From Thermoanaerobaculia bacterium (lineage in GTDB: Bacteria > Acidobacteriota > Thermoanaerobaculia > Gp7-AA8): DNA of 28,423 nt. The notes beneath the pieces were generated by a model that was not told where the DNA came from, did no database searches, and saw only the letters and a list, made by a program, of their open reading frames with translations. Position 1 is the first letter of the stretch. Each line of letters starts with the position of its first letter. Both the position numbers and the translations under genes were made by a program. The stretch is taken from the NCBI GenBank assembly GCA_036498125.1, contig DASXIH010000165.1:1-28423 (forward strand). The letters run 5' to 3'. Of this stretch, positions 8,901 to 18,122 are shown piece after piece.

Positions 8901-11900
8901 ATGCGCCCCCTCACGATCACGCTCGCTCTCCTCCTCGTAGCCCCGCTGCTGCACGCCGCCATCACCGGCTCGATCGTCGACGCGAACGGAAACCCGGTCG
9001 CCGGCGCCACGGTCCGCGCGTACACGGTCGAGACGCGGCCCGACGTGCTCCGGCAAATGGTCAGCGGCAAGACCGAGCTCCAGCCGCTCGCATCGGCGAA
9101 GACGTCCGACAGCGGCGACTTCCGGCTCGACAAGGTCGGCCAGCCCACCGTCGACGTCGTCGCCGAGCTCGCGGGACACGAGACGGTCACGCGCTTCACG
9201 GCAGACGGCGAAGACGTGACGCTGATGATGCGCGACGCGAAGCCGCGGCGGATCAAGGTGACCGCCGCCGGCAAGCCGGTCGCGAACGCGATCGTGATGT
9301 ACGGGCGTCCGCTCTTCACGAAGACGGGAGATGACGGGACGGTCGATCTGCCGACGCTCTCGATGACGCCGCACCTCACCGTCTACCACCCCGACTACGC
9401 GCCGTTCGATTCGACTCTGCAGCGGACGGACACCGAGGTGAAGCTCGACCGAGGCACGAAGCTGACAGGCTCGGTCGTCGGAACCGACGGCAAGCCGGCC
9501 GCGAATCTCGACGTCGTCACCGGCGGTTGGCCGCTCGGGAAGAGCGGCGACGACGGCTCATTCACCATCGCCCACGCGCCCTCGGCCTGGCGCGATCTGC
9601 ACGCCGAAACGAAGACCGACGTCGCCATCGCCACGCGTGCGACCGGCTCGTCGTACACGCTGCACCTCCGCCGCGGCACCACCGCCGCAGGTGTCGTGCG
9701 CGACGCGAAGACGCACATGCCGGTCGCCGGCATGCTCGTCAGCTTCCTCGGCTCCGGCGCGGTCACCGACAGCTCGGGCGCGTTCACCTTCTCGCCGATT
9801 CTGCCGGGCCGCTATCAGTTCATCGGCTCGCACCCGCTGTACGAGGCGATCGGCCAGGGCTCCTCGTTCATCATCCCGGCAGCCGGCGCGAAGGAGGCGA
9901 TCGCCGCGACACCGCTGCCGCTCCTCAGCGGCACGGTCGTCGATGAGGAGCGCAAGCCGGTCGCCGGCGCCACGGTCGGCCGCTTCACCCGCTTTTTCGA
10001 CCCGTTGGGCTCCTCGACCGTCACGCGGCGCAACGGCACGTTCACCTTCCATTCGCAGTCGAGAGCGTTCGACCGGCAGTACGCCGTCGCCAAAGACGGC
10101 TATGCGGAAGCCTCCTTCAGCGTCACTCCGGGCCAGGGGAAGAGCGGGATCAACGTGACACTCACCCGCGGCGTGCCTCTGGCCATGCGTGTGGTCGACG
10201 GCGCGAAGAATCCGGTTGCCGGCGTCAATGTCCACGTCTCTCCGACGGCGGAAGGCATGTTCGCCACTCGGGAGATGCAATGCGGCGGCGGCGACTGCCT
10301 GACCGCGAACGACGGCAGCCTCACCCTCCGCGTCGCGCCGGCCAAATACGACATCATGGTCGGCGGAGCCGACATCGTCATGAAGCGGCTCGCCGGGCAG
10401 AGCGTCGACGCCCGCAGCGCGCCGCTGATCATCACCGTCGAGCGCGGCGTCGGCGTCTCCGGCCGCGTCACGTACACCGATGGAAAGCCGCTCACGTCGC
10501 CGGTGCGAGTGTCGATGGACGCGAATGGACCGCAGTTCACGGCGTCGACGGACGACTCCGGCGCATTCACCCTGTATGGCGTTCCGAAGGGGAAGGTCTC
10601 CTTGCGAGCCGAGATCTTCGAGGGGGGGCGGTTCATCGGTCCGGCGAAGGAAGTCACGGCTCCGGCGACGAACGTCGTGCTGACGATCCCGCGCGGCGGG
10701 CACGTGAGCGGACGCGTCGTCGACGCCTCCACGGGCGGCCCGCTCACCGACTTCGAAGTGAGCGTCGTCCGGAACACCGGCTTTCCGATGCCTCCAACGA
10801 CCGCTCCCACGCACGCCGATGACGGGTCGTTCACCCTCAACGACGTGATGCCGGGGCGCGTTGAAGTCGTCGCGAGTGCCGATGGATATGTGCGCGGCAG
10901 TGCGGCGATCGAGATCGCGGAAGGACAGTCGGTCGACAACGTCGAAGTGCGCCTCGATCGCGGCGCACGCGTACGGGGAAAGGTCACTTCGACCGACGGA
11001 CAGCCGCTCGCCGGCGCCTCGGTCGCCGTCATCGAGGCGAGCCGCCGGCCCGGCATGGGAGGCGATCGCGCCACCACCGATGCCGACGGCATGTACGAGA
11101 TGACGAGCGTGCCTCCCGGCGACCGCAACGTCACGTTCAGCAAAGAAGGATTCGTCAACGCCACGAAGACAGTCAGCGCGGCGGCAGGGAAGGAATCGCA
11201 GCTCGATGCGTCGCTCGACCGCGGGCGCGAGGTGACCGGCCGCGTCATCGACGACTCCGGCCAGCCGGTGAGCGCTGCCGACGTTCGCATCGAGGGAGAA
11301 CCGTTCCGGCCCGTACAGTCCGACAACGACGGCACGTTCCTGCTCGCCGGTCTGCGCGACGGCAAGTTGCGCGTCGTCGCCCATAAGACCGGCTACGTCG
11401 ATGCGCGCGAAGAAGTCGATACCGTCGCGCAGCCGAACGTCACGCTGACGATGGGCCACGGCGCCACGATCGCCGGACGGATCACCGGCCTGTCCGCCAC
11501 CGAGCTCGGAAATACGTTCGTCAGCTTCTACAGCACCACCGGCGGGTACGGTAACGGGCGGCCGGATACGTCCGGCAACTTCACGCTGGGCGGCGCGAAG
11601 GACGGCACCGTGACGGTCCAGGCGAACGTCGGCGGCATGTCCGGCGGCCGTTCGGCGCGCAAGGTCATCGAGGTCATGAACGGAACGGCGCCCGACGTGG
11701 AGTTGACGTTCACGCAGGGCTTCACCGTGCATGGCCGCGTCAATGCCCACGGCCGCCCGGCGAGCGACCTCCGCGTGATGTTCTCTCCCTCTGATGCATC
11801 CAACCCTCCCGGCGGTTCGGGATCGCTCGACGCCGACGGCAACTACTCCGTCTCCGGCCTCGGCGCGGGCGACTATCGCGTCAGTGTCCTCGGGCAATCG

Positions 11901-12728
11901 CTCGGTTTCATCTACGGCGAGAAATACACGGTCTCCGGCGACGGCGTGTACGACATCGACCTCCATGCCTCGAGCATTCGCGGCCGCGTCACCGATCGCG
12001 ACGGCAAACCATTGCCGGACGTCCGTATCATCGCCGAACTCATGAAAAAGGCGGGCGGAACGGCGGCGTCGGCGCTCACCCCGACGCCGCGTCCCGCGAC
12101 CAGCGACTCGAGCGGCCAGTACATCATCGACTTCATCGCGGACGGCGATTGGCGCCTCGTTGCCCAGAAGGAGCAGTACCAGTCGGCCTCGCACGACGTG
12201 ACCGTCGCGGGCGGTGCGCCGCCGGTCGATTTTCAGCTCGACACCGGCAGTGCAAGCACGGTCCGCGTAGTCGATTCCACCGGCGCGCCGCTCTTCGCAT
12301 ATGTGTCGGCGACCGATCAGGCGGGACATAACGTTGCGTCGGCGCAGACGCGCGCGGACGACGGCGTCGCCGAGCTGTGGCTGCCTCAGGGTCACTACCA
12401 GCTCTCGGTCGGCGCGCAGGGGTACGCGCGCGCCCGATCGGCGATCGATGCGCCGGGTCCCGAGGTCCGGGTCACACTCTCACACGGCGGCACGATCATC
12501 GGAGTGGTCAAAGATCCGGCGACGCAGTTTGTCGCCATCGTCCCGCTCGGCCAGCCGCTGGCAACCGGTCCCGGGGGCGGCATCGCGGTGAGCGGAACCA
12601 ATACGTACCGGAACATCGCCGCAGGCCAGTACGAAGTGCGACTGATGGTGAAAGGCAACAAGACGCCGGTTCAGACGAAACAGGTGACGGTGCTGGACGA
12701 CCAGACGGTGACCGTCACGTTCGACTGA
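8901..12728 (+). CDS. Exported carboxypeptidase-regulatory-like (CarboxypepD_reg/Cna-B) tandem-repeat protein, ~1275 aa
   Basis: Signal peptide MRPLTITLALLLVAPLLHA from ATG 8901 (track's 8853 start is probably too long); a dozen or more repeats of G.V.D..G.PV.GA.V with T...G.F...G motifs; no catalytic domain recognised. Confidence 0.88.
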   Translation: MRPLTITLALLLVAPLLHAAITGSIVDANGNPVAGATVRAYTVETRPDVLRQMVSGKTELQPLASAKTSDSGDFRLDKVGQPTVDVVAELAGHETVTRFTADGEDVTLMMRDAKPRRIKVTAAGKPVANAIVMYGRPLFTKTGDDGTVDLPTLSMTPHLTVYHPDYAPFDSTLQRTDTEVKLDRGTKLTGSVVGTDGKPAANLDVVTGGWPLGKSGDDGSFTIAHAPSAWRDLHAETKTDVAIATRATGSSYTLHLRRGTTAAGVVRDAKTHMPVAGMLVSFLGSGAVTDSSGAFTFSPILPGRYQFIGSHPLYEAIGQGSSFIIPAAGAKEAIAATPLPLLSGTVVDEERKPVAGATVGRFTRFFDPLGSSTVTRRNGTFTFHSQSRAFDRQYAVAKDGYAEASFSVTPGQGKSGINVTLTRGVPLAMRVVDGAKNPVAGVNVHVSPTAEGMFATREMQCGGGDCLTANDGSLTLRVAPAKYDIMVGGADIVMKRLAGQSVDARSAPLIITVERGVGVSGRVTYTDGKPLTSPVRVSMDANGPQFTASTDDSGAFTLYGVPKGKVSLRAEIFEGGRFIGPAKEVTAPATNVVLTIPRGGHVSGRVVDASTGGPLTDFEVSVVRNTGFPMPPTTAPTHADDGSFTLNDVMPGRVEVVASADGYVRGSAAIEIAEGQSVDNVEVRLDRGARVRGKVTSTDGQPLAGASVAVIEASRRPGMGGDRATTDADGMYEMTSVPPGDRNVTFSKEGFVNATKTVSAAAGKESQLDASLDRGREVTGRVIDDSGQPVSAADVRIEGEPFRPVQSDNDGTFLLAGLRDGKLRVVAHKTGYVDAREEVDTVAQPNVTLTMGHGATIAGRITGLSATELGNTFVSFYSTTGGYGNGRPDTSGNFTLGGAKDGTVTVQANVGGMSGGRSARKVIEVMNGTAPDVELTFTQGFTVHGRVNAHGRPASDLRVMFSPSDASNPPGGSGSLDADGNYSVSGLGAGDYRVSVLGQSLGFIYGEKYTVSGDGVYDIDLHASSIRGRVTDRDGKPLPDVRIIAELMKKAGGTAASALTPTPRPATSDSSGQYIIDFIADGDWRLVAQKEQYQSASHDVTVAGGAPPVDFQLDTGSASTVRVVDSTGAPLFAYVSATDQAGHNVASAQTRADDGVAELWLPQGHYQLSVGAQGYARARSAIDAPGPEVRVTLSHGGTIIGVVKDPATQFVAIVPLGQPLATGPGGGIAVSGTNTYRNIAAGQYEVRLMVKGNKTPVQTKQVTVLDDQTVTVTFD

Positions 12729-13830
12729 GGGCGAAGTGTGGCAGCGGCGCCGGCTCGGGAAACGAGCCGCGCGCGAAGAAGATGTGGCTCGCCAGTGCGC
12801 GCAGCGGCGGCGTTCGCAGCAGCGCGCAGGCGAGCTCCATCATCGCCGGCGTCTCGACGAGCCGCATCGCGCGCCGCATCCACGTGCGCGTGACGAACCG
12901 CGCCCGGAACGCGTCGCCGCTGTAGTGCCGCAGCACGTCCGCATCTCCCGTCGCCAGGTACGTCTCCGTCACCTCGGCCGCAAAGCGCGAGAGGCGCAGC
13001 GCGGCATCGAGGCCGCCCGCCGTCAGCGGCGACACCGCTCCCGCCGCGTCGCCGACCACCAGCCCGCGCGTGCACGCAATCCGCCGCAGCATCCCTCCGA
13101 CTGGAATGAGTCCGCCTCTTCGCTCCAGTGTGGCGCCGGCAATCCTGCCGGCGATCTCCCGTCGAAACCGCGCCAAAGCCGCACTCGGATCGAACCGGTC
13201 CGGATATCCGGCGACGCCGAGGTGCGCTTCCACGCCGTCATCGACCAGCCAAGCGATGTACCCAGGCGCAAGGCGGGGATCGAGATAGCAGTGCAGCTCT
13301 GGTACGCCGTTCGTGGCCGAGGGGAGGACTTCCTCGACGCCGACGAGCATCTGTTCGTTCGTGTCGAGCTGCAGCGCACGGGCGACCGTCGAGCGCGGCC
13401 CGTCGGCGCCGATGACGAAGCGCGCCTCGATCGACTGCCGGTCGGTGACCACCGTCGTTCCGGCGATGGCGGTCACGCGCGACGACGGCATCCAGGTGAC
13501 GCCGGCGCGCGCGCACTGTTCGAGCAGGTAGACGTAGATCCACGACATGCGCCCGACGCGGAACTCGTCGTGGTCCGCCTCGAGCTGCAGGGCACGGCGC
13601 ATCGGCGAGTAGAGCGTCACGCGGCGGATCGGCGCGCCGAGCTGTTCGTCCGGCAGCGCGAAGTCCTCCCACGTCTTCCGGACGAAGATCCCGGTCGTGT
13701 GGATGGCATCGCCGACCGAGCGCTTCCGGTCGAGGAGCGCCACGCTCAGCCCGCGCGTCGCGAGCAGCCGCGCGCACTGCAAACCGGCGAGCCCGGCACC
13801 GATCACGGCAACATCGAAAGCCTTACGCAT
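12715..13830 (-). CDS. Geranylgeranyl reductase-family FAD-dependent oxidoreductase, 371 aa
   Basis: VIGAGLAGLQCA, VIGADGPRSTVAR, GYIAWL, VVGDAAGAVSPLTAGG. Confidence 0.85.
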   Translation of the reverse strand: MRKAFDVAVIGAGLAGLQCARLLATRGLSVALLDRKRSVGDAIHTTGIFVRKTWEDFALPDEQLGAPIRRVTLYSPMRRALQLEADHDEFRVGRMSWIYVYLLEQCARAGVTWMPSSRVTAIAGTTVVTDRQSIEARFVIGADGPRSTVARALQLDTNEQMLVGVEEVLPSATNGVPELHCYLDPRLAPGYIAWLVDDGVEAHLGVAGYPDRFDPSAALARFRREIAGRIAGATLERRGGLIPVGGMLRRIACTRGLVVGDAAGAVSPLTAGGLDAALRLSRFAAEVTETYLATGDADVLRHYSGDAFRARFVTRTWMRRAMRLVETPAMMELACALLRTPPLRALASHIFFARGSFPEPAPLPHFALSRT

Positions 13831-13836
13831 ACGCTC

Positions 13837-13842
13837 ACTTTA
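13837..13842 (-). promoter_or_regulatory. Putative -10 element of a leaderless transcript
   Basis: Minus strand TAAAGT, 6 nt (GAGCGT), then ATG at 13830; no SD. Confidence 0.55.
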
Positions 13843-13873
13843 CGATGCAAAGCACGCGCCGCGCAAGAACCAG

Positions 13874-13900
13874 TGACTGGTTACTAGTCACTGGTTACTG
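13874..13900. repeat. Heptamer tandem repeat (STRR-like), 4 units
   Basis: TGACTGG TTACTAG TCACTGG TTACTG; reverse-complement orientation relative to the array at 13990-14017. Confidence 0.8.
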
Positions 13901-13904
13901 TTCT

Positions 13905-13977
13905 CTCGTGTAGCGCAGGCTTCCAGCCTGCGCCCCGTTGAAGAATGGACGCAGGCTGGAAGCCTGCGCTACACGAG
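13905..13977. repeat. GTAG-type REP doublet
   Basis: CTCGTGTAGCGCAGGCTTCCAGCCTGCG (13905-13932) and its exact 28-bp reverse complement (13950-13977). Each arm carries GTAG followed by the hairpin CGCAGGC-TTCCA-GCCTGCG. Confidence 0.9.
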
Positions 13978-13989
13978 GGAGGAGACACT

Positions 13990-14017
13990 CCAGTGACTAG
14001 TGACCAGTAACTAGTGA
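13990..14017. repeat. Heptamer tandem repeat (STRR-like), 4 units, containing the fabF stop
   Basis: CCAGTGA CTAGTGA CCAGTAA CTAGTGA; the CTA at 14011-14013 is the TAG of fabF. Confidence 0.8.
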
Positions 14018-15249
14018 CTCGAGAAGATCAGCGTGGCGTTCGTGCCGCCGAAGCCGAACGAGTTCGACATCGCGTGCGTCAGCTTCTGCTTCCGCGCGAC
14101 GTTCGGGACGTAGTCGAGATCGCACTCGGGGTCGGGCGTCTCGTAGTTGATCGTCGGCGGGAGGATGCCGTGCTCGATCGCGAGCGCCGTGATGGCCGTC
14201 TCCAGGCCGCCGGCGGCGCCGAGGAGGTGGCCGGTCATCGACTTCGTCGAGCTGATCGCGACCTTCGACGCGTAGTCGCCGAAAACGCGCTTGATGGCGA
14301 CCGTCTCCGTCTTGTCGCCGACCGCCGTCGAAGTGCCGTGCGCGTTGATGTACTCGATCTGCTCCGGCGCGAGACCGGCGTCCTTCAGTGCGCGCTGCAT
14401 GACGCGCATCATCCCGCTTCCGTCTTCGGCGGGGGACGTGATGTGGTGCGCGTCGCTCGACATCCCGTAGCCGGTGACCTCGCAGTAGATGTGCGCGCCG
14501 CGGGCGAGGGCGTGCTCGCGTTCCTCGAGGATCACGACGCCGGCGCCTTCGCCCATGACGAAGCCGTCGCGATTCAGGTCCCACGGCCGCGAGGCCTTCT
14601 CCGGCTCGTCGTTGCGCGTCGAGAGCGCCCGCATCGCCGAGAAGCCGCCGACCGCGAGCGGCGTGATGACCGCCTCCGACCCGCCGGCGAACATGACGTC
14701 CGCCTCGTCGTGCCGGATGATCTTCATCGCGTCGCCGATCGCATGCGCGCCGGTGGCGCACGCCGTCGCGGGCGCCGAGTTCGGTCCGAGGGCGTGGAAG
14801 CGGATCGAGACGTGTCCCGCCGCCAGGTTGACGATCAGCCCGGGGATGAAGAACGGCGAGATCCGCGACGGGCCGCGCTCCATGAGCTTGCGGTGCATCT
14901 CCTCGATGAGCGGCAGCCCGCCGATGCCCGACCCGATGACGACGCCGACGCGGTCGGAGTCTTCCTTGCTGGTGTCGAGCTTCGCGTCATCGGCGGCCAT
15001 CTGCGCCGCGGCGACGGCGTAGTGGATGAAAGTGTCCGACTTCTTCACTTCCTTTTTTTCGATCCACTTTTCGGGATCGAAGCCGTGGACCTCGCCGGCG
15101 ATCTGGCACGGGTAGGCGCTCGCATCGAACTTCGTGATGCGGCCGATGCCGGATTTCCCCTCGATCAGCCCCTGCCACGTGGCATCGTTGCCGATGCCGA
15201 GGGGAGAGATCATGCCGATGCCGGTGATGACTACGCGTCGCCTGGTCAA
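14011..15249 (-). CDS. fabF: Beta-ketoacyl-ACP synthase II, 412 aa
   Basis: [15 protein letters not shown], catalytic ACATG (Cys), YINAHGTST (His), [12 protein letters not shown] (His), [10 protein letters not shown]; TTG start; directly downstream of acpP. Confidence 0.97.
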   Translation of the reverse strand: MTRRRVVITGIGMISPLGIGNDATWQGLIEGKSGIGRITKFDASAYPCQIAGEVHGFDPEKWIEKKEVKKSDTFIHYAVAAAQMAADDAKLDTSKEDSDRVGVVIGSGIGGLPLIEEMHRKLMERGPSRISPFFIPGLIVNLAAGHVSIRFHALGPNSAPATACATGAHAIGDAMKIIRHDEADVMFAGGSEAVITPLAVGGFSAMRALSTRNDEPEKASRPWDLNRDGFVMGEGAGVVILEEREHALARGAHIYCEVTGYGMSSDAHHITSPAEDGSGMMRVMQRALKDAGLAPEQIEYINAHGTSTAVGDKTETVAIKRVFGDYASKVAISSTKSMTGHLLGAAGGLETAITALAIEHGILPPTINYETPDPECDLDYVPNVARKQKLTHAMSNSFGFGGTNATLIFSSH

Positions 15250-15267
15250 GCGTGTAGGTGTGTTCCG

Positions 15268-15507
15268 TTACTGCGCTTTGGTGTGCTTCTCGATGTATTC
15301 GACGGCGTCTTTCACCTTGCGGATCTTCTCCGCCTCATCGTCGGAGATCTCGACGCCGAACTCTTCCTCGAAAGCCATGATCAACTCGACGGTATCGAGC
15401 GAGTCCGCGCCGAGGTCCTCAACGAACGAAGCCTCAGGTGTGACCTCCTCCGCGTCGACGCCGAGCTGCTCGACGATGATCGATTTGACTCTTTCCTCTA
15501 CCGCCAT
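15268..15507 (-). CDS. acpP: Acyl carrier protein, 79 aa
   Basis: [20 protein letters not shown] phosphopantetheine motif; SD GGAGG. Confidence 0.98.
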   Translation of the reverse strand: MAVEERVKSIIVEQLGVDAEEVTPEASFVEDLGADSLDTVELIMAFEEEFGVEISDDEAEKIRKVKDAVEYIEKHTKAQ

Positions 15508-15587
15508 CGGTTTTCTCCTCCAATCAATTGAGCGGGGCGAAATGCAGGGTGGTTTTTAGCACAAGTCATAAACTGTTCGCACCGCCC

Positions 15588-16379
15588 ATGATCCGTGCCA
15601 TCGCCTTCGACCTCTGGGAAACGCTGATCACCAACACGCCGGAGCAGTCGCGGCTGCAGAAAGAGGCGCGGCTGACGCGGCTCGAACAGATCCTCACGCG
15701 ACACGGCTTCGCGCGCGAGGCGGAGCGCCTCGAGCATGCGCATCATCGCCAGTGGAACCGCTGCCAGGAGCTCTACTGGTCGGCCGATCTCGACATCCCG
15801 TGCCGCCGCCAGGTCGACCATCTGCTCGAGGAGCTCGAGCTCGATCCCGCCTCCTTCGACGAGCCGACCCTGGCCGAGATCGAAACCGCCTTCGCCTCGG
15901 CGCCGCTGCATGCGCTGCCTGCGACGGTCGACGGCGCGCGTGACGTTCTCCGCGAGCTGCACGCCCGCGGCCTGCGCATCGGTCTGATCAGCAACACCGG
16001 CCGCACCCCCGGCTCGATCCTCCGCGAAGTGCTCGCCCGGCTCGCCCTCGCTCCCTCGATCGACGCGATGGTCTTCTCGAACGAGCACGGCGAGTGCAAG
16101 CCGCGCGCGTCGATCTTCGACGCGCTCCAGCGGCAGCTCGGCGCCGCCTACGGCGAGATGGCCTTCGTCGGCGACAACCTCTACGTCGACGTCTACGGCG
16201 CCCAGCGCTGCGGCATGCGCGGAATCCACTTCATCCCGAAGACGCGCGGCGACGCCGTCGCCCCCGACGTCGACCACGGCCTCACGATCGAGCCTGACGC
16301 CACGATCCATGACCTCCGCGACGTCGTAGCCGTCATCGACCGGCTGAACGCTCTCACTGTGAGTAGCGCATCGAGGTGA
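15588..16379 (+). CDS. HAD-superfamily hydrolase (subfamily IA), 263 aa
   Basis: MIRAIAFDLWETLI (motif I), LISNTG (II), ECKP (III), VGDNLYVDVYGAQRCG (IV); ATG 15588 preferred. Confidence 0.9.
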   Translation: MIRAIAFDLWETLITNTPEQSRLQKEARLTRLEQILTRHGFAREAERLEHAHHRQWNRCQELYWSADLDIPCRRQVDHLLEELELDPASFDEPTLAEIETAFASAPLHALPATVDGARDVLRELHARGLRIGLISNTGRTPGSILREVLARLALAPSIDAMVFSNEHGECKPRASIFDALQRQLGAAYGEMAFVGDNLYVDVYGAQRCGMRGIHFIPKTRGDAVAPDVDHGLTIEPDATIHDLRDVVAVIDRLNALTVSSASR

Positions 16380-18075
16380 TGAACTGGGTGAGGTTGTTCT
16401 CGCTCGGGCCGAGGCGGAGTGCGGACGTGAACTGATCGTTCGCCGCTTTCGCGTCGATCTTCTGCGCCACTTCCGCTTCCTCCGCCGCCTCCGAATGACG
16501 GCCGAGGTTCGCGAGGACGAGGGCGCGGAAGACGTGCGGCTCGACGGACGTCGGCGAAATGCGTGACGCGGCGGCGAGCTGCGCGAGCGCCTGGTCGTTG
16601 CGGTTCGTGGCGGTGAGCAGCGCGACGTAGTTCATCCGCGCGTCGTAGAGGTTCGGATCGAGCCGGATCGCCTCGGTGAACGCTTTCTCCGCTTTCACGG
16701 CGTCGGTCGTATGCTCGTACGCCACGCCGAGGTTGTTCCAGTCGGCGGCTTTGGCGAGCGCCGGATCGAGCGCCAGTGCCTGCTCCAGCGGCGAGATCGC
16801 GTCGGCGTAGCGCTTCGCGCGGAGAAACGCGTTGCCCGCTTCGAACAGCGGCACCGGCGCGCCGTGGCTGGCCCGTGCCGCCTCCGCGTAGTGCGGCATC
16901 GCCTCGTCGACCCGTCCTTCCACTTCGAGCGCGTTGGCGAGATGCATCTCCGCCGAGGGGTTGTCGTTCGTGACGGCGGCGGCGGCGCGCGCCCAGACCG
17001 TGACGCTGCTCTTCCAGAACGTCGTCTGGTAGATTGAGAGGAGCGAGAGGATCGCGACGGCAGCGATCGCGGCGTACTTGGCGGTGGTCGCCGCGAGATG
17101 ATCGGCTGCGAACCAGACGAGGGCGAACGTCAGGCCGATCGACGGGATGTACAGGAAGCGGTCCGCGATCGACTGCGCCCCCACCTGCACGATGCCGATC
17201 ACCGGCACGATCGTGATGACGTACCAGAGCCAGCCAACCCCGAGGTACCGATGCTTGTTGCGGAACACGAGAAACGTGATCGCCGCGAGGATCAGCAGAG
17301 AGATCGCGAGGACGAACGGCGCGATGCCGTAGTCGTACGGGTAAAGAATCGCGAGCTGCGTCGGGACGAAGAACTTGCGCAGGTACGCGGCGTAGGCGGT
17401 GATGGCATTGGCGATCCGGACGCTGACCGGGATCGACGCGAGCGCGTGCTCCTGTCCGACGAACGTGATCCCGACGACCGCCGCGGCGATGGCGAAGAGC
17501 GGGAGCTTGTCGAGCCACGTCGGTTTGCGCTGCAGCGGCCAGACGTCGAGGAGCAGCAGCGCCACCGGCAGCGTCAGCGCCATCGGCTTCGCCATGACGG
17601 CGAGGATGAACGCCAGGATCACGAGTGCATATCGCCGGTTCACATACGCGAGCATCGCCGCGATGAAAAAGAGCGTCGAGAGCACGTCCTTCCGCTCCGC
17701 GACCCACGCGACCGACTCGACGCGCAACGGATGAATCGCCCAGATCGCGGCGACGGCGGCCGAGCGGTTCACATTCTTCGTCGCAGTGAAGAAGGTCAGG
17801 AACAGCAGCAGCGCGCTGATCGCATGCAGCAGCACGTTCTCGATCAGCATCACCCCCGCGCGCTCGCCGAACAGCCGCACGTCGAGCATCAGCGAGAGCC
17901 ACGTCAGCGGCTGCCAGTAGAACGGCTTCAGCGACGTGAACGCATACCGAATCCCGTGGTGCGCCCCAGCCAAATAGTCCGGATCGTCATAGTTGATGAA
18001 CCCATGCGTCGCCACGCTTCCGAACACGAGCGCGACCAAAAGAACGAGACCGGCAAGGACGAATGAACGCTTCAC
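16354..18075 (-). CDS. TMTC-like GT-C membrane glycosyltransferase (putative protein O-mannosyltransferase) with C-terminal TPRs, 573 aa
   Basis: YDDPDY, YWQPLTWLS, HPLRVESVAWVAERKDVL, AKPM, IADRFLYIP, then TPR repeats. Real start is GTG 18075 preceded by GGAGAC; the track's extension to 18978 is antisense to rnz. Confidence 0.85.
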   Translation of the reverse strand: MKRSFVLAGLVLLVALVFGSVATHGFINYDDPDYLAGAHHGIRYAFTSLKPFYWQPLTWLSLMLDVRLFGERAGVMLIENVLLHAISALLLFLTFFTATKNVNRSAAVAAIWAIHPLRVESVAWVAERKDVLSTLFFIAAMLAYVNRRYALVILAFILAVMAKPMALTLPVALLLLDVWPLQRKPTWLDKLPLFAIAAAVVGITFVGQEHALASIPVSVRIANAITAYAAYLRKFFVPTQLAILYPYDYGIAPFVLAISLLILAAITFLVFRNKHRYLGVGWLWYVITIVPVIGIVQVGAQSIADRFLYIPSIGLTFALVWFAADHLAATTAKYAAIAAVAILSLLSIYQTTFWKSSVTVWARAAAAVTNDNPSAEMHLANALEVEGRVDEAMPHYAEAARASHGAPVPLFEAGNAFLRAKRYADAISPLEQALALDPALAKAADWNNLGVAYEHTTDAVKAEKAFTEAIRLDPNLYDARMNYVALLTATNRNDQALAQLAAASRISPTSVEPHVFRALVLANLGRHSEAAEEAEVAQKIDAKAANDQFTSALRLGPSENNLTQFITSMRYSQ

Positions 18076-18094
18076 GTCTCCCGATGATAAAAGA

Positions 18095-18122
18095 CCAATC
18101 ACCAGTGACCAATGACCAGTGA
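18095..18122. repeat. Heptamer tandem repeat (STRR-like), 4 units, containing the rnz start codon
   Basis: CCAATCA CCAGTGA CCAATGA CCAGTGA; ATG 18112-18114 lies in unit 3. Confidence 0.8.

Noticed and set aside
13868-14020. Possible CRISPR mini-array
   Set aside because: The repeats are inverted, not direct. There are no unique spacers and no cas genes.
12715-15507. acpP-fabF plus reductase as a specialised lipid/polyketide cluster
   Set aside because: AcpP and FabF look like canonical fatty-acid synthesis proteins. The reductase has its own promoter signature behind a large hairpin, and no chain-length factor or tailoring genes are present.
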